From the NCBI GenBank assembly GCA_950097015.1, contig CATNEN010000038.1:496001-560000 (forward strand): DNA of 64,000 nt. Direction: 5' to 3'. The DNA is from Macrostomum hystrix. Taxonomy: Eukaryota > Animalia > Platyhelminthes. The translations under genes and the position numbers were made by a program. Each line of letters begins with the position of its first letter. Within the stretch, counting starts at the first letter, position 1. Of this stretch, positions 12,169 to 22,909 are shown one piece after another. A model generated the notes under the pieces. The model was not told the origin of the DNA. It saw nothing but the letters and a program-made list of their open reading frames with translations, and searched no databases.

Positions 12169-13078
12169 TTATTTACTCTCCAGACCCACGCTCTTCAGCT
12201 TTCTCTCCAACTCAGCGATTCGCTCGTCCTTGTCCTGGAGTTTACTCTGCATCTGCTCAATCAGCTCGTCCTTGTTAAGGTCCTCCTTGAAGAACTCCAA
12301 CGCAGTTTCCAGGGCCTCCATGGCTTCCTTGTCCAGCTCGATCTGCCCTGCCTTGTCGCTGTTGCTCTTTAGACTTTTGGCTAGCACGCCCAGCTCTTCG
12401 GCGCCACTGACAATTTTTCGGGCCTGCTGTCGCATTTCCATCACGTCGAGGCCCGACTTGACGGCCAAAGCGGCACCCGCAGCAGCTCCAGCGATAGCAG
12501 CTCCATGCAGCAACCCAGCCAGCTCCGCCAGTGAAGAAGCCGAGCACAGCGCAGATCCCGATGCCAACACCTCCAACAGCAGCCTTGTTTCGATTTTTGT
12601 CAGCCTCCCTGTTCTTGGCTTCCGCCCTCTGTCTCTCCTGAGCCTCTAGTACAGTCGCTAGCTGCTGAGCACTTTCCAAGTTGCTCGCAAGGTTGTTGAA
12701 AGCGATAGAAAAGCTCTGCGAGATAGTGTGCATCTTCGTCAGCTTCTCAGATAACTGCTCAATAACTTTGGGTGGGATGCTGCTGTCTTTTATACTGTCA
12801 CGTAGGAACTTGTCGAACTCGATAATTTCTCTCCCGAAGTTCTCAATTTCACTCTCGAGTTTTGCTGATGAGAAGATCACTTCAGTCAGTACTTTCTTCA
12901 GCTCTTCTAGTTTTGAATCGCCAGGAAGATCGATGCTATTTACCATTTCCGCATATTTCTTTGCCTCCTCCGTGACCCTGTAGAGCTCTGTGCTGTTCTG
13001 CCGAATCGTCTTCATCGTCTTGAGGGCATCTCCAAGGCCGCCCAGAACATGACCTATTTTGCCCAGCTTCTCCGCCAT
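12169..13078 (-). CDS. Intronless alpha-helical protein (about 300 aa) with central Gly/Ala-rich hydrophobic hairpin, ApoL/ClyA-HBL pore-forming-toxin-like; frameshift at about 12505
   Basis: ORFs 13078-12275 and 12576-12169 join at ...GFFTGGAGWVAA|GAAIAGAAAGAALAV... The C-terminus is coiled-coil. TATA-like ttataaa at about 13170 and AATAAA signals at about 11875-11888 on the minus strand. Confidence 0.7.
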
Positions 13079-15269
13079 GTTGATGCGACAGCTGACCAGG
13101 AATTAAAGGAGAATGGCTTTCTCGTCCGTGTTGCAGGTTCCAGACCTGTTTGAGTGGTCAGTGATCATTTATAAGCAACCGTGTTTTGGAACAGCTGCAG
13201 CTTATTGGCTGATCCTGCATCGGCACCTGGGTCTCAGCTTGTACATCGCATGGGGGAACTTCGGTTTTGAGAGTGTACAATGAAGGAGAATGGCTAAGTG
13301 CACGAAATGGCAAAGTGCTCATTTGTACGTCCAGAGTAGTGGGGTGACTGGGTAGTCTTTACCGATGGAGCTCGGGACCATTGTACGGCTTGCATAGATA
13401 AGCACATAGTCACCTAATTACTCGCATTTACCCTGCCTTGCATACAGAAAAACCCAGTTGCATATCATTTCTTGGCTCAATAAAGTGCATTAATGTAAAG
13501 AGCCCAAAAACTGAACTTCGGTTTTTGTGCTTCTGTCTGCTAAAATTGCGGGTTTGCACTATTATTGCCAGCATGTGATTTTGAATCAATATAATAAATG
13601 AGAAAAATGAACTCAGTTTAATTACGGACTGAATTCGAGACCCGGAGGAAACAGAACAGGATATAAACACACTTCAAAAGTGAAAGGAAAAACTGAAAGC
13701 ACATGCCGTAATACAAATGTTGTCAATTTGTTATTTAAATGACTTTGAGCGGCAAAAGAGTCGATATTGCAAGACAATTGATGCATTGTCAAAGAATCAG
13801 CAAAAATATTTTATGTCTATGGGCCAAAACTTCCTGCAATGACCTTGTCTTTTTTACTGTGTCTAATTTTTTGAGTCTATGGGCATCCACTGAAATTTAT
13901 CCATGGTATATTCCTGCACTTGTAGACGCACTCGTGTCACCAAAGGATGCGCCAGTGCACACAGCCCCCAGCAAACAATGTTTTTTTTTGTTATATGCAA
14001 AAGTTTCATTCGTCTTTAAGTGCAAATTTCAAACATGTTTTCGTATAAGTTTTTTTCCTTAATTTGCAAGCCAAAAAGCATATATATAAGAGTGACAATC
14101 TGCAAGTTGTAATTAAATATGGAAGTTTTTTATTTGTTTTTTTATTATCTAAAACTGTAGTTTTTTCTCTAAATTAAAGTTTGAGAAATGAAGATAAAAT
14201 ACAAGTAATTAACGTACTCGTGTTTAACAAACTAATTCACAGTTAACAGTAGACAGTTAACAAGGATTCCCCCCCCCTTTGACACATTTTTCGTTCTGCA
14301 CCCGAACGGAGCAACGCAAGCACACGAAACTCAAGAACACGGGCCAACTTTTTGTTGCGCATCTTCTGAAACAATAATCAAGTCGCCAGCTCTTCAGACC
14401 GTCGCGATATTCAATGTTTCTGGCCGAAGGTCCGATTTTTTCTATAAGCGCTAGTATACGAAGTATTTCATACTCGTACAACCCTATAAACTCGTACATG
14501 AATTTGCACTGCGCCTCAGTGCGGCCTTGCCAGGCCATCAAAATTGATCAGCATGTCACCCGAATGTGCCTGCACCATCTCCGTCTTCGGTGGTCACCTA
14601 CCTTTATCTAGACGGACTGCTAGACCTTCAAGGGACTGCAACAGGTGAAACTATAGGCCACACCTAACGCGGATTTCTCCAATTTCACTGTTCAAACCTA
14701 AATATTAGGCGCAGCTCGACCACAGTGCACCATCGCCTAGTCTGTCAACCAATCAACCAGTCACCACCCAACGCTGTTAGCATTCAGGCGCTGCCAAAAC
14801 ATTTTTCAGCGGCAAAATGACTTGGTAGTTCTACTGTTCATGTGAGCGATTGCGACAATACTCACCACTTATTTCTGTGCCTGTCTTGTTAAGGGGTCAG
14901 TCTGGGCTATCAAACCCGTCTGAGTGCATTCCGTCGCCTTGGTAACAGTAAAAAACTCCAGATAAAATGACGAGTTAAGACTTTAAGTTGAGGTTTTCGC
15001 ACTAAATGTCGCACATTATGCGAACTTTGAATTATTCATGGCTTTTATAAGAAATTATTGCGCAGGTGCAATAAAATACAAAACTTGTTTTAACGGGTGC
15101 TCACCTTCACTTAGCATATTATTAGTTTGTTTGAATATATCTGGCTTGTCGAATTAATCTGATGCATAAACTTTGTATCAGAATTTTACAGTATTATTTT
15201 GTGTTTTAAATAATAACACGAATCAACTTAACCTCTTGGAGTGACTTACGGCTCATTTCCTATTCAGTC

Positions 15270-17164
15270 GTGGCTATACCCCTCAGCCCAAATCCATTGT
15301 GGCTACCCCTCAGCCCAAATCCATTGTGGCTACCCCTCAGCCCAAATCCATTGTGGCTACCCCTCAGCCCAAATCCATTGTGGCTACCCCTTAGCCCAAA
15401 TCCATTGTGGCTACCCCTCAGCCCAAATCCATTGTGGCTATACCCCTTACCCCAAATCCATTGTGGCTATACCCCTTACCCCAAATCCATTGTGGCTATA
15501 CCCCTTACCCCAAATCCATTGTGGCTACCCCTCAGCCCAAATCCATTATGGCTATACCCCTTACCCCAAATCCATTGTGGCTATACCCCTTAGCCCAAAT
15601 CCATTGTGGCTATACCCCTTAGCCCAAATCCATTGTGGCTACCCCTCAGCCTAAATCCATTGTGGCTACCCCTTAGCCCAAATCCATTGTGGCTATACCC
15701 CTCAGCCCAAATCCATTGTGGCTACCCCTCAGCCCAAATCCATTGTGGCTACCCCTCAGCCCAAATCCATTGTGGCTACCCCTCAGCCCAAATCCATTGT
15801 GGCTACCCCTCAGCCCAAATCCATTGTGGCTACCCCTTAGCCCAAATCCATTGTGGCTACCCCTCAGCCCAAATCCATTGTGGCTATACCCCTTACCCCA
15901 AATCCATTGTGGCTATACCCCTCAGCCCAAATCCATTGTGGCTATACCCCTTACCCCAAATCCATTGTGGCTATACCCCTCAGCCCAAATCCATTGTGGC
16001 TACCCCTTACCCCAAATCCATTGTGGCTACCCCTCAGCCCAAATCCATTGTGGCTATACCCCTTACCCCAAATCCATTGTGGCTATACCCCTTACCCCAA
16101 ATCCATTGTGGCTATACCCCTCAGCCCAAATCCATTGTGGCTACCCCTCAGCCCAAATCCATTGTGGCTATACCCCTTACCCCAAATCCATTGTGGCTAT
16201 ACCCCTCAGCCCAAATCCATTGTGGCTACCCCTCAGCCCAAATCCATTGTGGCTATACCCCTTACCCCAAATCCATTGTGGCTATACCCCTTACCCCAAA
16301 TCCATTGTGGCTATACCCCTCAGCCCAAATCCATTGTGGCTACCCCTCAGCCCAAATCCATTGTGGCTATACCCCTTACCCCAAATCCATTGTGGCTATA
16401 CCCCTTACCCCAAATCCATTGTGGCTATACCCCTTACCCCAAATCCATTGTGGCTATACCCCTTACCCCAAATCCATTGTGGCTATACCCCTCAGCCCAA
16501 ATCCATTGTGGCTATACCCCTTACCCCAAATCCATTGTGGCTATACCCCTTACCCGAAATCCATTGTGGCTATACCCCTTACCCCAAATCCATTGTGGCT
16601 ATACCCCTCACCCCAAATCCATTGTGGCTACCCCTTACCCCAAATCCATTGTGGCTTTACCCCTCACCCCAAATCCATTGTGGCTACCCCTCAGCCCAAA
16701 TCCATTGTGGCTATACCCCTTACCCCAAATCCATTGTGGCTACCCCTCAGCCCAAATCCATTATGGCTATACCCCTTACCCCAAATCCATTGTGGCTATA
16801 CCCCTCACCCCAAATCCATTGTGGCTACCCCTTACCCCAAATCCATTGTGGCTTTACCCCTCACCCCAAATCCATTGTGGCTACCCCTCAGCCCAAATCC
16901 ATTGTGGCTATACCCCTTACCCCAAATCCATTGTGGCTACCCCTCAGCCCAAATCCATTATGGCTATACCCCTTACCCCAAATCCATTGTGGCTATACCC
17001 CTCACCCCAAATCCATTGTGGCTACCCCTTACCCCAAATCCATTGTGGCTATACCCCTTACCCCAAATCCATTGTGGCTATACCCCTCAGCCCAAATCCG
17101 TTGTGGCTATACCCCTTACCCCAAATCCATTGTGGCTACCCCTACCCCAAATCCATTGTGGCTA
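15270..17164. repeat. 27/29-bp minisatellite (gtggct(at)acccct(cag/tac)cccaaatccatt), G-tract rich on minus strand
   Basis: About 67 copies with two main variants interspersed. Confidence 0.97.
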
Positions 17165-17513
17165 CAGGCGCTTTTGTTAGTAACTCACTGCATGGAAACA
17201 AGGATTTCGTTTCGACAAAATAATATATTTATATATTTATTTATTTATATATATTTAAATAGATTCGATAAGAAATTTCTGCTAAATATCGCATTCTCAT
17301 TAAAGCAGAATGTTTCACATGCTTTGGTTCAGCATAAATAAGTTTATATTATTTCATTTGTTGAGAAATAATGCTAATTAGTCCTTGTATGTTATATATA
17401 GTTTCTTATATTTTGGCACCATTTTTGCATTACGTCAATAAGACATTAAACTGACACTGTCACTACATACATTTCTTGAGAAATTTTTAAATAACTGACA
17501 TTTGATTTCTAGA

Positions 17514-18629
17514 CAGTCAGTCAGTCAGTGTCAGTCAGTCAGTCAGTGTCAGTCAGCCAGTCAGTCAGTGTCAGTCAGTGTCTGTCAGTGTCAGTGTCAG
17601 TCAGTGTCAGTCAGTCAGTCAGTCAGTCAGTGTCAGTCAGTGTCAGTGTCAGTCAGTCAGTGTCAGTCAGTGTCAGTCAGTGTCAGTCAGTGTCAGTCAG
17701 TGTCAGTGTCAGTCAGTGTCAGTCAGTCAGTCAGTCAGTCAGTCAGTCAGTGTCAGTCAGTCAGTCAGTCAGTGTCAGTCAGTCAGTCAGTGTCAGTCAG
17801 CCAGTCAGTCAGTGTCAGTCAGTCAGTCAGTCAGTGTCAGTCATTCAGTGTCAGTCAGTCAGTCAGTCAGTGTCAGTCAGTGTCAGTCAGTGTCAGTCAG
17901 TGTCAGTCAGTCAGTCAGTGTCAGTCAGTGTCAGTCAGTGTCAGTCAGTCAGTCAGTGTCAGTCAGTGTCAGTCAGTGTCAGTGTCAGTGTCAGTGTCAG
18001 TCAGTCAGTGTCAGTCAGTGTCTGTCAGTGTCAGTGTCAGTCAGAGTCAGTCAGCCAGTCAGTGTCAGTCAGTGTCAGTCAGTGTCAGTCAGTCAGTCAG
18101 TCAGTGTCAGTCAGTGTCTGTCAGTGTCAGTGTCAGTCAGAGTCAGTCAGTGTCAGTCAGTGTCTGTCAGTGTCAGTGTCAGTCAGTCAGAGTCAGTCAG
18201 TGTCTGTCAGTGTCAGTCAGTGTCAGTCAGTCAGTGTCAGTCAGTCAGTCAGTCAGTGTCAGTCAGTGTCTGTCAGTGTCAGTGTCAGTCAGAGTCAGTC
18301 AGTGTCAGTCAGTGTCAGTCAGTGTCAGTCAGTGTCAGTCAGTCAGTGTCAGTCAGTCAGTCAGTCAGTGTCAGTCAGTGTCTGTCAGTGTCAGTGTCAG
18401 TCAGAGTCAGTCAGTGTCAGTCAGTGTCAGTCAGTGTCAGTCAGTCAGTCAGTCAGTGTCAGTCAGTGTCAGTCAGTGTCAGTCAGTGTCAGTCAGTGTC
18501 AGTCAGTCAGTCAGTGTCAGTCAGTGTCAGTCAGTGTCAGTGTCAGTGTCAGTCAGTCAGTCAGTGTTAGTGTCAGTGTCAGTCAGTGTCAGTGTCAGTG
18601 TCAGTCAGTCAGTCAGTCAGTGTCAGTCA
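17514..18629. repeat. Compound (TCAG)n/(TCAGTG)n microsatellite
   Basis: Direct inspection. Confidence 0.97.
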
Positions 18630-18931
18630 GGAAGTCAGCCACAAAAAATTAAATAAATGACTTTTTTTGTTGGTTGACAGCTTTAGCGACTATGTTGTAG
18701 CCTCTTAATATTTTATTTATTTTATAAGTTTGTCAGGGTCGCAGATGCCAATAAGTAGAAAGTACATTATAACAAGATAAATTTCGGACATCAATTTCCA
18801 CTTTCAAATCAGATTAAAAGTAAAAAAGGTATTGGTTGAGTTTGAAAAGAAATAACTAATTAAACTGGCGAGTTTTATTCAGTTGAAACCTCGCTGACAA
18901 TCTCGTATTGAATTCGCATCGACTGGAGAAC

Positions 18932-21900
18932 TTAATCGGATCGCTTTCTGTGACGCTTCAGCAGATATTTGACGACTCCCCAGAGTAGCACAGCCAACGC
19001 GATGGACCAGAATGCCACGATGCAGGCAATGCCAATGTCCTGCCGAGTCTCGTAGTTCAGTGGGCAGTCCTCGACCTTTTCCTTGTCTGATAGATTTGAG
19101 TACGAATGTCGGAGATCTACCCTCGATTCTAGATAATCCCTTGCTTAATCTAGATAATCCCTTGCTGAATCTAGATAATCCCTTGCTGAATCTAGATAAT
19201 CCCTTGCTGATTCTAGATAATCCCTTGCTAATTCTAGATACTCCCTTGCTAAATGTAGACAATCCCCTTGCTAAATCCAGATAATCCCTTGCTGAATATA
19301 GATAATCCCTTGCTGAATCTAGATAATCCCTTGCTGATTCTAGATAATCCCTTGCTAAATTTAGACAATCCCCTTGCTAAATCTTAATAATTCCTTGCCG
19401 ATTCTAGATAATCCCTTGCTGAATCTAGATAATCCCTTGCTGATTCTAGATAATCCCTTGCCGATTCTAGATAATCCCTTGCTGATTCTAGATAATCCCT
19501 TGATAAATGTAGACAATCCCCTTGCTAAATCTTAATAATTCCTTGCCGATTCTAGATAATCCGTTGGCCGATTCTAGATAATTTCTTGCCGATTCTAGAT
19601 AGTCCCTGTCTTAATCTAGAAAATCCCTTGCTAAATATATATAATCCCTTGCGGATTCTAGATAATCCTTTGCTAAATCTAGATAATCCCTTGCTGAATC
19701 TAGATAATCTATTGGCCGATTCTAGACAATATTTTTTCGGTTTAGATAATCTTTAGGCACTCACAGTCGTGCGTAGCGTTTTGCCCGCCGCTGAATGTAG
19801 TTTTAGCCATGTTAATCTGCACTGCCAGCAAATCTGATCTGAGGCAAGTGCCGTTCTCAGCTTGACACATCGGTAGCGCGAGCTCAACCGGGCAGTTGTA
19901 CTTCCAGTCGGTTTTCACTTGGAAGTGAGGAAATCTTGGCGGCCGGACAATGAAAATCAGCGGAATACCTTGACGACGAGGCAAATGTGGGGTACGTCTG
20001 GGTTTTGGCCATAGACAAAATTGGCTGAAGATCTCAATCGAATTCGCACAGGATTGGAGAGGAGAGAGTGGACAGAGAAAGAGGAGAGAGCGACAGAGAG
20101 AAAGTATAGAGTGACAGAGAAAGTAGAGAGTGACAGAGAGAAAGGAGAGAGTGACAGAGAGAAAGTAGAGAGTGACGGAGAGAAAGGAGAGAGTGACAGT
20201 GAGAAAAGAGAGAGTGACAGATAGAAAGGAGAGAGTGACAGAGAAAGTAGAGAGTGACAGAGAAAGTAGAGAGTGACAGAGAGAAAGTAGAGAGTGACGG
20301 AGAGAAAGGAGAGAGTGACGGAGAGAAAGGAGAGAGTGACAGAGAGAAAGGAGAGAGTGACAGAGAGAAAGGAGAGAGTGACAGAGAGAAAGTAGAGAGT
20401 GACAGAGTTAAAGGATAGTGACAGACAGTGACAGAGAAATTATAGAGTGACAGAGAAATTATATAGTGACAGAGAGAAAGAAAGAAATTATTTTAGAGCG
20501 TAAAACACAGTAAACAATTTTCTCCATTTTTTAAAGATCTTAACTGTTTTGCGGCAATGCTGTAATGTTGCAATGCACTGTACTGTATTTTCAGCTCATT
20601 ACTCACAGATAGAAGGGTTATACAAATGGCATAGCTGCATATGCAGATTGGCTCTTAAAAAGGCACAGCATCGAATAGACCTAAACTCCAGGTGGTCTTA
20701 TCAAGAGTTACTTTGTAAAAGCTGCAGCCCTTTCTGCTAATCTGAGCAACTGAACTGCATCAGCAGGCAGAGATAAAGAGTGATTCAAGGGCTACGCCTG
20801 ATGAGATAAGCCAGCAGTTTGTCCTGAGGTCGCAGAAATGTTTCTGCACCGAAGTTGCGAAGGGGCATCTAATCTGACCAAGGTTTTTTTATATCTTCTG
20901 GCTAGGCTTGATCAAAGCTAAGTTTTCTGTATGAGCAAACGCACCCAATGACAGGCTGAGAATGAACTGTTCTATGACTATTTTATTTGAAATGATAACA
21001 GTTTGTTAGATTTTAGCCGAAGTACACAGCACACGTTCGCCTACGGTTGTACAGAATCAGTACCCTCAACAGTTGGAACTACTACAATGCACTACCAACA
21101 CATGTATAATGTCACCACTATTCTAGACTACAACAATGAGTTAAAACACATTAAACAGAATGCCAGTTAGTTATTACCGGTAGAAAAAACAACGAGGGGT
21201 ATTTCAAATACCCACAGCCTACTTCACGATAGCCCCCAAACCTAATGACCGACTTTTTTGAAAGTCCTTCAAATAGATTAACATTTTTCGCCCTTAATAA
21301 TCCGCTCACTTTTAAAGCCGTATGACATCATATCTTGACGTCATCGTCAATATATTCAGCTATTCTTGTCCAAAAACCTATAGTGACAAGGAAGACAAAA
21401 TTTCTCTGTACAAACCTTTTATGCCGAATTAATATTGGTTCAATAGTATAGTAATTAACAATATTATCGAGACAATATAATAAAATGACGGTATGAAATT
21501 TTGTGAGCAGAACCTTCGTGTTTTAGGATCGAGGTAACGAAAATAGAAAAATCTGCCTTTGAAATACACCTGCTGTTGGAAGCATATACACTGGTGGAAG
21601 CGTAACTTAACTTACCAGTTAAGTTCGTCAAATCAGGGTTCGATGGATTAAATTTTGCTGTCAGAGTAAATTCTTCAATAAATCGCCTGAAACCATCGCC
21701 AGATGATCTCATATCCAGGTCCAATTCTAGGCTACTGACAAATGACGGCACATCTTGAACCACCTGGAAGCTATAGTGAACCGACTTTAGCGTGTCGTTG
21801 GTTTCAGTCTTGATGAGATTGGCTGTAGCGTTTGAGATGATCAGCTGTAAAATTTTTGTAACAGTAACATAAATACGAAAGTCGAAATCCTGGCTGGATT

Positions 21901-22413
21901 GTTTATATTTGGTAAAAAAGTTACATTTTTGCGAAAAAAAAGCAAGTTACATTTTAATTGGAAAGTACATGCATAAGCTAATATTGCATATTTGTAGTAA
22001 TCAATTAAATCCCATAATTCAAAGCTTACAGTGTTCTTTGTTGCACCTTTCACTGTGAAATTAACACTCAGAGATGTAGCCAAGTAGAATTTGTTGCTCG
22101 GATCGTGAACCGTGACATTAATTGAATGCAGTGATCCTGGATTCGAATTAAAGCGATGTTAAAGTGATAGTGGTGTTTTAGTGTATTCTATATGACCCAC
22201 CATGGCCCAGCATTAGTTAAAAGTGAAGTACCATAATTAATAAATTACATTTAACATTTCTAGAAAAACTAGCGAAAGAAAAATAAGAAGAACTAATTTT
22301 GTTCTGCTTGAAAGTATCAGAATGGACAAGGACTCGATAGACAACATGTTTTAAAGTTGAAATAACTCACCGATCACCGCAAATAAGCATAAAACCATTA
22401 AAAAAGTCTTCAT
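18932..22413 (-). CDS. LAMP-like type I membrane glycoprotein (signal peptide, one luminal domain, TM helix, short basic tail)
   Basis: Exons 22413-22371 (MKTFLMVLCLFAVI), 22136-22030, 21844-21616, about 19968-19765 (acceptor uncertain; ..KTDWKYNCPVELAL..LLAVQINMAKTTFSGG..) and 19086-18932 (YKEKVEDCPLN..IGIACIVAFWSIALAVLLWGVVKYLLKRHRKRSD*). Intron phases are consistent. N-glycosylation sequons include NVT, NFT, NAT, NDT, NLT and NGT. Confidence 0.75.
19128..19728. repeat. 21-bp intronic minisatellite (tctagataatcccttgctgaa)
   Basis: About 28 degenerate copies in the last intron of the LAMP-like gene. Confidence 0.95.
20057..20480. repeat. Purine-rich 19-21-bp repeat (agagagtgacagagagaaagg)
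   Basis: Direct inspection. Confidence 0.9.
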
Positions 22414-22909
22414 GATTATTTAGTATAACTTTTGACACGTTTTTTAATCGCTCGTTCTTCACAACTTTGAATAGGACGCATCAATTTATCGCGAATTGGC
22501 GAAGGCTCTTATATGTCAATAGGGTATGTTTAATTTAGCTAATGTAGTTTGCTTGGATTAAAAAGCACTGAAATTTAGGCTATTTAGTTTAAATACCGTT
22601 TATTGCTTTAGTTCTAATATTAGCACTAGTACTTTGTTTAAACAGTTGTTTTCATTTAAAATTTGCGAAGTAAAGCCGCTGTGAAGCCGGATGGACCTAA
22701 GAAACTGTTCTAGGTATCTGACTGAATATAAATTATATCGTTTATTGTTTTACAAGACAATTATAAGGGAATCTGTTGCAAATAAAAAACATAGGTTCTG
22801 AAAGGATAGGAGAAGAAAAATAAATACAATTAATAGTTAGCACACTATACGGATTAGTGGATTACATATCTAATAGTATAATACCTCACAGCTATTTTTT
22901 AACATCATA
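22414..22909. promoter_or_regulatory. Probable bidirectional promoter region between the LAMP-like gene and PSMB1
   Basis: Divergent ATGs at 22413 (-) and 22910 (+), about 500 bp apart. Confidence 0.5.
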
